DNA of 64,000 nt, taken from positions 1-64,000 of the forward strand of contig JBBTED010000018.1 in NCBI GenBank assembly GCA_038042445.1, written 5' to 3'. The DNA comes from Candidatus Firestoneibacteriota bacterium (GTDB lineage: Bacteria; Oederibacteriota; D2-FULL-39-29; JBBTED01). Below, in pieces: positions 19,883 through 29,065 of the stretch. The position numbers and the translations under genes are program-made. Under the pieces are notes generated by a model. It did not search any database, was not told where the DNA came from, and was given only the letters and a program-made list of their open reading frames with translations. The first letter of the stretch is position 1; each line of letters starts with the position of its first letter.

Positions 19883-20920
19883 ATGCCTTGGAAAGAATTT
19901 TTTATTGAAAGAGAACCTGGATTTGAGTTAGTTGAGAAGACAAATGTAAGGAAAATTACTTATGCTGAAGCTATAAACGAAACATTTCATCAAATGATGG
20001 CTTCAGATAAAAGTATATATATTATGGGCCAAGGAGTAGATGATCCTTTAGGAATGTTTGGAACAACATCAGGGCTTCAGGAAAAATTTGGCAAAAAAAG
20101 AGTTTTTGATACACCTTTATCTGAAAATGCTCTTACAGGAATTGCTGTAGGTTCAGCTTTATCTGGGATGAAACCTGTATATATTCATAATCGTCCGGAT
20201 TTTCTACTTTTAGCTATGGATCAGATTGTTAATCACGCTTCTAAATGGAATTTTATGTTTGGTGGTAAAAGATCAGTTCCTTTAGTAATTATGGCTACTA
20301 TTGGAAGAGGATGGGGGTCTGCAGCACAACATTCTCAAGCTATACATTCATTATTTATGCATATTCCGGGTTTAAGACTTGTTATGCCAAGTATTGCCTA
20401 TGATGCGAAAGGGCTTTTAATAACCTCAATTTTAGATAATAATCCAGTGATTTTTATTCAGCATCGTGGAATTTTGAAACATAAAAGTTCTGTGCCTGAG
20501 AAAATGTATTCTATTCCATTTGGTAAAGGAATAATCAGAAGAAAAGGAAAAGATGTAACTATAGTAGCTATATCTTATATGGTAATAGAAGCTATTCGTG
20601 CTGCTGAAAAACTTGAGAAGGAAAAAATAAATATAGAAATAATTGATCCTCGCACTTTAAAACCATTAGATGAAGATATAATACTTAATTCAGTAAAGAA
20701 AACAGGAAGATTAATTATATGTGATGTAGGGTGGAAGACAGGTGGAGTAGGCGCAGAAATTGCTGCAGTGCTAATGGAAAAAGGAATGAAATATTTTAAA
20801 GCACCTATTAAAAGAGTTTCATCACCAGATATTCCTACACCAAGTAGTTATATTCTAGAAGAAAAATTTTATCCAGGTATGGAAGAAATTATTGCCGCTG
20901 TAAAAGAAATAATAAAATAA
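19883..20920 (+). CDS. TPP-dependent dehydrogenase E1 beta-like subunit
   Basis: RVFDTPLSE, AMDQIVN, AAQHSQ, DAKGLL, ID.RTLKPLD, SVKKTGRL. Confidence 0.92.
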   Translation: MPWKEFFIEREPGFELVEKTNVRKITYAEAINETFHQMMASDKSIYIMGQGVDDPLGMFGTTSGLQEKFGKKRVFDTPLSENALTGIAVGSALSGMKPVYIHNRPDFLLLAMDQIVNHASKWNFMFGGKRSVPLVIMATIGRGWGSAAQHSQAIHSLFMHIPGLRLVMPSIAYDAKGLLITSILDNNPVIFIQHRGILKHKSSVPEKMYSIPFGKGIIRRKGKDVTIVAISYMVIEAIRAAEKLEKEKINIEIIDPRTLKPLDEDIILNSVKKTGRLIICDVGWKTGGVGAEIAAVLMEKGMKYFKAPIKRVSSPDIPTPSSYILEEKFYPGMEEIIAAVKEIIK

Positions 20921-20934
20921 GGTTTTACTTGTAA

Positions 20935-20967
20935 CCCCCTTTATTAAAGGGGGACTAAGGGGGAATT
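20935..20967. repeat. CCCCT..AGGGG hairpin element, family C
   Basis: ccccctttattaaagggggactaagggggaatt. Confidence 0.7.
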
Positions 20968-20990
20968 AAAAGAATTTTTAGCTGAATGAT

Positions 20991-21509
20991 ATGCAGAAAT
21001 TAAAAAACTCAAATAATAAAGTTTTAACAACAAAATGGTTTGAAATTGACAAAGTCCCATGTAGTCCAACAAATAATGAGCCATACTATAGACTTTTATG
21101 TAGTGATTCCGTAGAGATTATTGCTGTTACACCTGAGAAAAAAATTGTATTAGTGCGGCAATTTAGGCCAGCAATAGGAATATATATGTTAGAATTGCCA
21201 GCTGGGCATATAAATAAAAAAGAATCAAGCAAAAAAGCTGCACAAAGAGAATTAAAAGAAGAAACAGGATTTGTTTGTCCATCAGTAACTCATATTGGAA
21301 ATCTTGTAATTCATTCCAGTAGAGTTCATAATAAATTGCATAGTTTTTATGGTAAAGATGCTAAGCTGTCAAAAAATGTAAAAAATATAGATGCTGAAGT
21401 TGTATTGCTTTCAGAAGCTGAATTTAAAAAAGCCATTTTAAAAGGCGAATTTTTTGAAACAGCAGGTTTAGCAACTTATTTGTTATCCAAACTACGGGGG
21501 GTATTATAA
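20991..21509 (+). CDS. NUDIX hydrolase (ADP-ribose/NDP-sugar pyrophosphatase-like)
   Basis: LVRQFRP, ELPAG.....E....AAQRELKEETG Nudix box. Confidence 0.9.
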   Translation: MQKLKNSNNKVLTTKWFEIDKVPCSPTNNEPYYRLLCSDSVEIIAVTPEKKIVLVRQFRPAIGIYMLELPAGHINKKESSKKAAQRELKEETGFVCPSVTHIGNLVIHSSRVHNKLHSFYGKDAKLSKNVKNIDAEVVLLSEAEFKKAILKGEFFETAGLATYLLSKLRGVL

Positions 21510-22700
21510 ATGGAAATTACATTTGGAACTATAACAATTACAGAGAAATCAAAAAAAATAATAAACGAAATTCTTGCTTCAAATAGAGTTTCGAGTGGAA
21601 AATATGTTAGAGAATTTGAAAAACAATTTGCTAAGCTAATTGGGACAAAAGAAGCAGTTGCAGTTAGTACTGGAACTGATGCAGATGCTTTGGCATTGGC
21701 GGTGTTGTATGATTTTGGTGCAAAACGTGGTGATGAGATAATTATTCCAGCTTTGTCTTTTGTAGCTACTGGAAATGCAGTTTTGCAAGCAGGGTTTATA
21801 CCAGTTTTTGTAGATGTTGAAAAAGATACCCTGAATATAATTCCCTCAAAAATTGAAAAAGTAATTACAAAAAAAACAAGAGCAATAATGCCTGTTCATC
21901 TTATGGGTAAACCTGCAGAAATGGATGCTATTTGTCCGATAGCAAAAAAACATAAGCTATTTGTAATTGAGGATGCAGCTGAGGCACATGGAGCAGTTTA
22001 TAAAAATAAAAATATTGGTACATTTGGCGATATGGCGGCATATAGTCTATATGCTGCGCATATTATTACTACAATAGAAGGCGGAGTTATTACTACCAAT
22101 AGAAGTGATTTTGCTGAAGTTTTGAGGTCATTGAGGTCACATGGAAGAGCTTGTAAATGTAAAGAATGTGTAATGAATACAAAATCAGGATATTGTGCAA
22201 AAAGATTTAAATATCATGAAGATATAAGATTTGTTTTTGAAAGAATTGGATATTCATCAAAAATGAATGAAATGGAAGCTGCTATAGGTATCGGTAATCT
22301 TGAAATTTATAATGAAATTCTTGAAAAGAGAAGGAAAAATTTGTATTTAATGATGAAAAAATTCAAAAAATTTGATAAATACTTTATAACATTTAAAGAA
22401 AATTCAGGTGAAAAAATAGGTCCCCATGCTTTCCCTATTACTCTCAGAGAAAATATTGGTTTTAATAGGAATCAATTAGTGGATTTTCTTGGAAAAAACA
22501 AAATTGATACAAGAAATCTTTTTTCTTCAATGCCAACTCAATGTCCGGGTTTTGCTTTTCTTGGATATAAACTTGGATCTTTTCCAAATGCAGAATATAT
22601 TGGAAATAATGGTTTGCATATAGGAGTTCATCAGGATTTAAATGAAGAACATATAGATTATATAATTAATACCTTTGATAGGTTTTTGAAAAACATGTGA
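21510..22700 (+). CDS. DegT/DnrJ-fold PLP enzyme, ColD/E1(RfbH)-type NDP-4-keto-6-deoxysugar 3-dehydratase candidate
   Basis: EIIIPALSF.AT, PVHL.G, EDAAEAHG; SLYAAHIITTIEGG has His where aminotransferases have Lys; HGRACKCKEC...YC. Confidence 0.8.
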   Translation: MEITFGTITITEKSKKIINEILASNRVSSGKYVREFEKQFAKLIGTKEAVAVSTGTDADALALAVLYDFGAKRGDEIIIPALSFVATGNAVLQAGFIPVFVDVEKDTLNIIPSKIEKVITKKTRAIMPVHLMGKPAEMDAICPIAKKHKLFVIEDAAEAHGAVYKNKNIGTFGDMAAYSLYAAHIITTIEGGVITTNRSDFAEVLRSLRSHGRACKCKECVMNTKSGYCAKRFKYHEDIRFVFERIGYSSKMNEMEAAIGIGNLEIYNEILEKRRKNLYLMMKKFKKFDKYFITFKENSGEKIGPHAFPITLRENIGFNRNQLVDFLGKNKIDTRNLFSSMPTQCPGFAFLGYKLGSFPNAEYIGNNGLHIGVHQDLNEEHIDYIINTFDRFLKNM

Positions 22701-22723
22701 ACATCGTGTTATAATTAGGTTTT

Positions 22724-22797
22724 TGTCATCCTGAACTTGTTTCAGGATCTCAAAACACCTTGATTTTATTAGATGCTGAAATAAATTCAGCATGACA
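22724..22797. repeat. Intergenic double-hairpin element, family B (long form)
   Basis: tgtcatcctgaacttgtttcaggatct-caaaacaccttgattttatt-agatgctgaaataaattcagcatgaca. Confidence 0.9.
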
Positions 22798-22834
22798 AAG
22801 AAATGGAACTGTGTTTGCTGAATATTAAAAAATT

Positions 22835-23764
22835 ATGGACAAAAATTCTAGCATTTACGTAGCTGGTCACACTGGGCTTATTGGTTCAGCAATTGTTAGT
22901 AAATTAAAAAAATCAGGTTATAAAAATATAATTGTCCAAGAACATAATAAGCTTGATCTAATTAACCAAAAATCTACGGAAACATTTTTTAAAAAATATT
23001 TGCCTTCTTATGTGTTTTTAACTGCTGGAAAAACAGGTGGTATTTTTGCTAATAATACTTATTCTGCTGATTTTATTTATAACAATATAATGATACAAAG
23101 CAATGTTATTCACTTTTCATATAAATATAAAGTTAAGAAATTATTATTTTTAGGATGTTCTTGTATGTATCCAAAAGAGTGTCCTTCACCTATAAAAGAA
23201 GAATATCTATTAACAAATAAAATTGAGCCTACTAATGAACCATATGCTATAGCAAAAATATCGGGTTTGAAAATGTGCCAAGCGTATAATAAACAATATA
23301 AAACAAATTTTATCTCAGCAATCCCATCAAATGTTTATGGTGTTAATGATAATTTTGAAGATGGAGGCCATGTAATCGCAAATTTAATCAAGAAATTTCA
23401 TAAGGCTAAAATTGAAAATCAAAATAGTGTTACAATATGGGGAACAGGAAAACCAACAAGAGATTTTATTTATGTAGATGATGTAGCAGATGCTTGTATT
23501 TTTCTTATGAATAATTACAATAGTAGTGATGCTATAAATATAGGAAGTGGTTGTGAAGTTTCCATACAGAAATTGGCTAGTTTTGTTAAAAAAACAGTTG
23601 GATTTAAATGTAAAATTATATATGACAATACAAAACCAGACGGTATAATGAGAAGACTTTTAGATATAACAAAAATTAAAATTTTAGGGTGGCATTCAAC
23701 AATTTCCATCCAGAACGGTTTAAAATCAACATACAACTGGTATAAAAAATTAGTAACAGGTTAA
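22835..23764 (+). CDS. fcl: GDP-L-fucose synthase family epimerase/reductase (Fcl/ColC-like)
   Basis: IYVAGHTGLIGSA, GGIFAN, LG.SC.YP, EPTNEPYAIAKI.G, WGTG.P.RDF, KPDG. Confidence 0.85.
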   Translation: MDKNSSIYVAGHTGLIGSAIVSKLKKSGYKNIIVQEHNKLDLINQKSTETFFKKYLPSYVFLTAGKTGGIFANNTYSADFIYNNIMIQSNVIHFSYKYKVKKLLFLGCSCMYPKECPSPIKEEYLLTNKIEPTNEPYAIAKISGLKMCQAYNKQYKTNFISAIPSNVYGVNDNFEDGGHVIANLIKKFHKAKIENQNSVTIWGTGKPTRDFIYVDDVADACIFLMNNYNSSDAINIGSGCEVSIQKLASFVKKTVGFKCKIIYDNTKPDGIMRRLLDITKIKILGWHSTISIQNGLKSTYNWYKKLVTG

Positions 23765-23774
23765 TCATTTTAAG

Positions 23775-23864
23775 TTATGTAGTTGCCGATTTATCGGCGT
23801 TGTGGTTTCTTAAAAATATAAAGCGATTATTTTTAAAAACGCTGATAAATCAGCAACTACATAA
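23775..23864. repeat. REPIN-like inverted pair of family A REPs
   Basis: ttatgtagttgccgatttatcggcgtt (23775-23801) and aacgctgataaatcagcaactacataa (23838-23864). Confidence 0.85.
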
Positions 23865-23910
23865 TTAATTAAAAATTTGTTTATAATAGGTAATTTAACA
23901 CAAAAATTCT

Positions 23911-25602
23911 ATGTTGAAAAATAAGAATTCAATTTACTACGTTTTATTTTTTATCCTTTTTGGCATATTTTTTGTTTATAATTTATTTAGTTTGCCTAAA
24001 GAAATGGATGAGCAAAGTGTATTTGATGTTGATGTTAGACTTGTAGAATATAAGAATAATAATAACTTTAGCTTGGAGCAAATAAGAGAAGTTTGGAGTT
24101 CAATTACAGGTTCTCCTTCTTCTGAATGTAATATATATGTTAATATAAAAAGCACCCCTTTTTATTCACTAGTTAGATTTTATTTATTAAAACTACCAAT
24201 TCATCCACAGGTAACATTCAATATTTTTAATTTAATTATTTCTATTTTGGTTTTTTATAGTTCCTATTTATTGATAAAATTACTTTTTGACAATATCACA
24301 GCTATTAAAAGTTTGATAATTATGCTTTCGTTCTATGGTTTATACACTGTAACCAGGTTTTCAGGCAGAGGATATATGGTTATAGGTTTGGTTTTTATAC
24401 TTTTTGGCTGTTATTTTATTTGGAAATCTATTCTTTCAGGAAAACAACACTATCTGATTTATGGTGGTGTTTTTATGGGTCTTTCGTGGAATACAGGTAA
24501 TAATATGACGAAATTAACTCCGGGGTTTTTATTAATAACATTAATATTTTATATAATACACTATTTAAAGCAAAACAAATTTTCATTTAAAAAAATATTT
24601 GACTTAGTTTTAAATATTTTACTTTTTAGCGGATTTTTAATTGTTACAAGTGTGTTTGTTGCTAAAATCATTGCATATACATTTGAGGTAGATACTAATT
24701 TCTGGTCTTTTCTTCTCAATAAAGAATTTAGAAAAGATATACCCGTGACAGCATCTTTTAATGTAGGTTTTAATGAAATATTCAGAAGGTTGCGTTTGTT
24801 TATATTTTTCCCTAAATTTAATGATGTTATTAATCATATGGATGAATTTTTTTACAACCAAGCTCTAATACCTGAATTTTATGTAGTGTTTTTAATTCTA
24901 TCAATATTTTATTTAAAGAAGAATTTTAGAACATCACCTTTAAAATTTAGCTATATAGCAGTTTTTACTCTTGTGCCATTTGCATTAATTTTTACCTTAT
25001 ATCCTCAATGGGAAATACGATATCAACTTATATTTTTACCTTTTTTAGCTTTACTTGTAGTATTGGGAATGCAATATTATTTTGAAGTTTTAGCAATTAA
25101 AATAAAAAAAGAAATTTATAGAAGGATTATATCAGGAGTCATAATAATTATTGTAGGTGTAATATTTTTAAGCAAAATATATAACGTTACTTTTGGTGAT
25201 TATGCTAAATCATGGAATAATTGTCAAAGTATGGCTGGTCATAGATTTACATCAGATGCTTTAAAAGTGATGTATAAAAAATATGATAAAACTATGACGC
25301 TTATGCAGGATTTTATGTATTCAGAGGGTATATGTGCATATCTAGGTTTTGATATTAATCATAGATATAAAATGTTAGGTTCTTGTGCTCCAACAACAGA
25401 AGATTCTATATCTAAGTTTTTTGATCAATATACAAAAGAAAATGGCAAAGTGTTTATTGTTGTAGCAGATGGTTGGCATTATGGAAGGCTTGTTGGGTGG
25501 TATCCAAATATAAAATTAGAATTAATCAAGAAAATAAAATTGCCAAAGGTAAGAAGTTTTCATGGAACAGGTTTAAGCTTGTATTGTGTAAATGGAATTT
25601 AA
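23911..25602 (+). CDS. Multi-pass membrane protein, putative GT-C fold glycosyltransferase (ArnT/PMT-like), paralog 1 of 4
   Basis: About a dozen hydrophobic segments; DE pair after TM1 (KEMDE); P.Y, RY.L.FLPF.ALL; soluble C-terminal domain. Confidence 0.6.
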   Translation: MLKNKNSIYYVLFFILFGIFFVYNLFSLPKEMDEQSVFDVDVRLVEYKNNNNFSLEQIREVWSSITGSPSSECNIYVNIKSTPFYSLVRFYLLKLPIHPQVTFNIFNLIISILVFYSSYLLIKLLFDNITAIKSLIIMLSFYGLYTVTRFSGRGYMVIGLVFILFGCYFIWKSILSGKQHYLIYGGVFMGLSWNTGNNMTKLTPGFLLITLIFYIIHYLKQNKFSFKKIFDLVLNILLFSGFLIVTSVFVAKIIAYTFEVDTNFWSFLLNKEFRKDIPVTASFNVGFNEIFRRLRLFIFFPKFNDVINHMDEFFYNQALIPEFYVVFLILSIFYLKKNFRTSPLKFSYIAVFTLVPFALIFTLYPQWEIRYQLIFLPFLALLVVLGMQYYFEVLAIKIKKEIYRRIISGVIIIIVGVIFLSKIYNVTFGDYAKSWNNCQSMAGHRFTSDALKVMYKKYDKTMTLMQDFMYSEGICAYLGFDINHRYKMLGSCAPTTEDSISKFFDQYTKENGKVFIVVADGWHYGRLVGWYPNIKLELIKKIKLPKVRSFHGTGLSLYCVNGI

Positions 25603-25622
25603 AATGATGGAGGGTATTTTTT

Positions 25623-27365
25623 ATGATTAATATTATTGTAAATAAATGGTTTGCAGGAAAAAATAATCAAAAATTTTATTATATTCTATTCTTTGTGCTT
25701 TTCGGATTATTTTTTGTTTTTAATTTATTAAGTTTACCAAAAGAAATGGATGAGCGAGGTATGTTTGATGAGAATATTAGATTTTTAGAATATAAAAATA
25801 CTAATAATTTAAGTTTAGAAAAAGCATTTGAAGATTGGGATGCAATTATTGGTGAAAAAAGTCGTTCTTTATACATAACTACATATATAACTGGTTCTCC
25901 TTTTTATTCACTAATCAGGTTTTATTTGTTGAAATTACCAATTCATCCAGTGGTAACTTTTAACATATTTAATTTAATTGTGGCAATTTTATTTTTCTAT
26001 GCAGCGTATTTATTAATTAAATTACTTTTTGACAATATTATTGCTATTAAAAGTTTAATAATTATGCTTTCATTCTATGGTGTATATACTGTAACAAGAT
26101 TTTCAGGCAGAGGATATATAGTTATAGGATTAGCATTTATTCTTTTTGGTTGTTATTTTATTTGGAAATCTATGCTTTCTGGAAAACAATACTATTTAAT
26201 TTATGCTGGTATTTTTATGGGGCTCTCATGGACAGCAGGTAATCATATGACAAAATTGACTCCAGGCTTTTTAATAATCACATCAATATTTTATACATTT
26301 AATTATTTTAAGCAGAATAATTTTAGTTTTAAAAATCTTTTAAAACTTTTTTTAAATTTCTTTTTTCTTGTTGGTTCATTTACCATAATAAGTGTTGTTA
26401 TTATAAAAATTATGTCATATAAGTTCAATCTGGATTTTTCATCATTGTTATTACAGACAGGATTTATGAAAGACAGGGCAGTAGGTCCCGGTTCTAATGT
26501 GGTTGTTACTGAAATATTAAGACGTTTACGTTTATTTATATGTTTTCCTAAATTTAGCGATGTAATTCTCTGGTGGGATGAATTTTTTTATGGACACTCG
26601 TTAATACCAGAGTTTTTTATATCGTTTTTAATTCTATCAATATTTTATCTGAAGGAAAATTTTAAAATATATTTTTTTAGGTTTGTTTATATAACAATTT
26701 TTGCATTGTTGCCTTTTATATTTATTTTTACTCTATCAGAATGGGAAATACGGTATCAACTTATATTTTTGCCTTTTTTAGCTGTATTGATAGTATTTGG
26801 ACTTAAATATTACTTTGAAGTTATAGCAGTTAAAATTGAAAACATTAGTGGCAAAACTTGCTATAAAATTTATAGAAGAATTATATCAGGGATTATAATA
26901 ATTGTTATTGCAATTATATATTCAAGCAAAATATATAATGTAGCTTTTGGTGATTATGCTAAATCATGGAATAATTCCTATAATGGGCCTGGGCATAGGG
27001 CTACAGCAGATGCTTTAAATATTATGTATAAAAAATACGGTGAAAGCATTAAAACTATTACACTACTTCAAGATTTTATGTCTCCAGACGGTATGCTTGT
27101 ATATCTTGGTTTTAATCTTGATCACAAGTATAAAATGTTAGGGGCTTGTGGTCCAACTACGGAGAATTCCATACCTAAGCTTTTTGATCAATATACAAAA
27201 GAAAACGGTAAAGTGTTTATTGTAGTAGCAGATGGTTGGCATTATGGAAGGCTTGTTGGATGGTATCCAAATATAAAATTGGAGTTGATAAAAAAAATAA
27301 AATTGCCAAAGGTAAGAAGTTTTCATGGAACAGGTTTAAAATTGTATTGTGTAAATGGAATTTAA
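25623..27365 (+). CDS. Putative GT-C glycosyltransferase, paralog 2 of 4
   Basis: Collinear with paralog 1; KEMDE; last ~60 aa nearly identical to paralog 1. Confidence 0.6.
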   Translation: MINIIVNKWFAGKNNQKFYYILFFVLFGLFFVFNLLSLPKEMDERGMFDENIRFLEYKNTNNLSLEKAFEDWDAIIGEKSRSLYITTYITGSPFYSLIRFYLLKLPIHPVVTFNIFNLIVAILFFYAAYLLIKLLFDNIIAIKSLIIMLSFYGVYTVTRFSGRGYIVIGLAFILFGCYFIWKSMLSGKQYYLIYAGIFMGLSWTAGNHMTKLTPGFLIITSIFYTFNYFKQNNFSFKNLLKLFLNFFFLVGSFTIISVVIIKIMSYKFNLDFSSLLLQTGFMKDRAVGPGSNVVVTEILRRLRLFICFPKFSDVILWWDEFFYGHSLIPEFFISFLILSIFYLKENFKIYFFRFVYITIFALLPFIFIFTLSEWEIRYQLIFLPFLAVLIVFGLKYYFEVIAVKIENISGKTCYKIYRRIISGIIIIVIAIIYSSKIYNVAFGDYAKSWNNSYNGPGHRATADALNIMYKKYGESIKTITLLQDFMSPDGMLVYLGFNLDHKYKMLGACGPTTENSIPKLFDQYTKENGKVFIVVADGWHYGRLVGWYPNIKLELIKKIKLPKVRSFHGTGLKLYCVNGI

Positions 27366-27369
27366 TCTA

Positions 27370-29061
27370 ATGAAGAATAATAAAATTTATTATATTTTAT
27401 TTTTTGTGCTTTTTGGTATTTTCTTTGTATTTAATTTATTTGGATCGCCTAAAGATAGGACAGACATTGCTTATCTTGATACAGGAGTTAGGGTTGTTGA
27501 ATATCAAATTTGCAATAATTTAAGTTTGGCAGAAATACATAAAGTATGGCAGTTGGTTTCTGGCGATATGACTTATAAAGATGGAGAATTTGGGCTTTAT
27601 AAAGCCACTTTGTATCCATCTCCTCTTTATGCATTAGTGAGATTTTACCTATTGAAATTACCGATAGATTCAATGATAACGTTTAACATATTTAACTTAA
27701 TTGCAGCAATTTTGTTTTTCTTGGCAACGTATTTATTAATAAAATTACTTTTTGATAATGATACAGCAATTAAAAGTCTGCTAATTTTGCTTTCGTTTTA
27801 TGGGGTATATACTGTAATGAGATTTGCAGGTCGTGGTTATTTGGTTATAGGGTTGGATCTTATTATTTTTGGGTGTTATTTTATCTGGAAGTCTATGATT
27901 TTAGAAAAACAACGTTATTTAATTTATGCAGGTATTTTTATGGGGTTGTCTTGGACAGTGGGTAATCATATGACGAGATTAACACCTGGATTTTTATTAG
28001 TCACATTGATATTTTATATTATGGATTATTTTAAACAAAATAATTTTTCAGTCAAAAATTGTTCAAAGCTTTTATTGAACCTCTCAGTTTTTTCTGTTTT
28101 TTTTGTTGTTACAAGTGTTGTTATAATAAAAATTATATCATATAAATTTAACTTCGATTTTTATCCGCTATTATTTAATACAGCATTTTTGAAAGATAGA
28201 GGGTTTAATATATCTCCAGTGATAGATATCTATGTGGTTTTTAGAAGACTACGGTTGTTTACAGGTTTATTTAAACTCACCGATATTTATAGCGAACACG
28301 AAGAATTTTTGTATGGATATGCACTAATCCCTAATTTTTTTATGCCATTTTTAATTCTATCAATTTTTTATTTAAAAAGAAACTTTAAACTTAAGCCATT
28401 ACAGTTTACTTATGTGTTAATTTTTGCTGCAATGCTTTTTATAGTTATGTTAATGTATCCGTTATGGGGAATACGATTTACCATTATATTTTTACCATTT
28501 TGGGCATTGCTTGTATTTTTTGGTATTAAATATTATTTTGAAGTTTTAGCAATTAAAATTAAAAATAATAATTATAAAAAGATTGTGTCAGGCATTATAA
28601 TAGTTGTTATGACAGTAATATATTTAAGTAGAATGTTCACCGTATTTTTTGGTGATTATGCTAAATCCTGGAATAATCCTCAATTCTTTGCCGGCCATAG
28701 ATTTGCTGCAGATGCTTTGAGACCGATGTATAAAAAATACGATAAAACAATTACTTTATATAACGACTTTATGTATTCAACTCTTTTGATCGCATATCTT
28801 GGTTTTAATCCAGATCATAAGTATAGGTCAATATCTGAGTGTTTGGATTTAAATGCAGAAGAATCACTGCCTAAACTTTTTGAAAAATACACAAAAGAGG
28901 GTGGAAAAGTTTTTGTTATTGTATCAGATGGTTGGCATTATGGTAGGCTTATTTCAACTTATCCAAATATCAAATTAGAGTTAATAAAAAAAATAAAATT
29001 GCCAAAATTAAGAAGTTTTCATGGGACTGGTTTAAAATTATATTGTGTAAATGGGATTTAA
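27370..29061 (+). CDS. Putative GT-C glycosyltransferase, paralog 3 of 4
   Basis: Collinear; same ...RSFHGTGLKLYCVNGI end; start set at the second ATG by alignment with paralog 1. Confidence 0.6.
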   Translation: MKNNKIYYILFFVLFGIFFVFNLFGSPKDRTDIAYLDTGVRVVEYQICNNLSLAEIHKVWQLVSGDMTYKDGEFGLYKATLYPSPLYALVRFYLLKLPIDSMITFNIFNLIAAILFFLATYLLIKLLFDNDTAIKSLLILLSFYGVYTVMRFAGRGYLVIGLDLIIFGCYFIWKSMILEKQRYLIYAGIFMGLSWTVGNHMTRLTPGFLLVTLIFYIMDYFKQNNFSVKNCSKLLLNLSVFSVFFVVTSVVIIKIISYKFNFDFYPLLFNTAFLKDRGFNISPVIDIYVVFRRLRLFTGLFKLTDIYSEHEEFLYGYALIPNFFMPFLILSIFYLKRNFKLKPLQFTYVLIFAAMLFIVMLMYPLWGIRFTIIFLPFWALLVFFGIKYYFEVLAIKIKNNNYKKIVSGIIIVVMTVIYLSRMFTVFFGDYAKSWNNPQFFAGHRFAADALRPMYKKYDKTITLYNDFMYSTLLIAYLGFNPDHKYRSISECLDLNAEESLPKLFEKYTKEGGKVFVIVSDGWHYGRLISTYPNIKLELIKKIKLPKLRSFHGTGLKLYCVNGI

Positions 29062-29065
29062 AATA

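Noticed and set aside
18856..20920. Housekeeping pyruvate dehydrogenase pdhA/pdhB
   Set aside because: No E2/E3 nearby and the genes are embedded in NDP-sugar genes, so symbols were not assigned.
22686..22715. Possible internal promoter TTGAAA-18-TATAAT with TG extension before fcl
   Set aside because: Such matches arise easily in DNA this AT-rich and it overlaps the upstream CDS end; no independent support.
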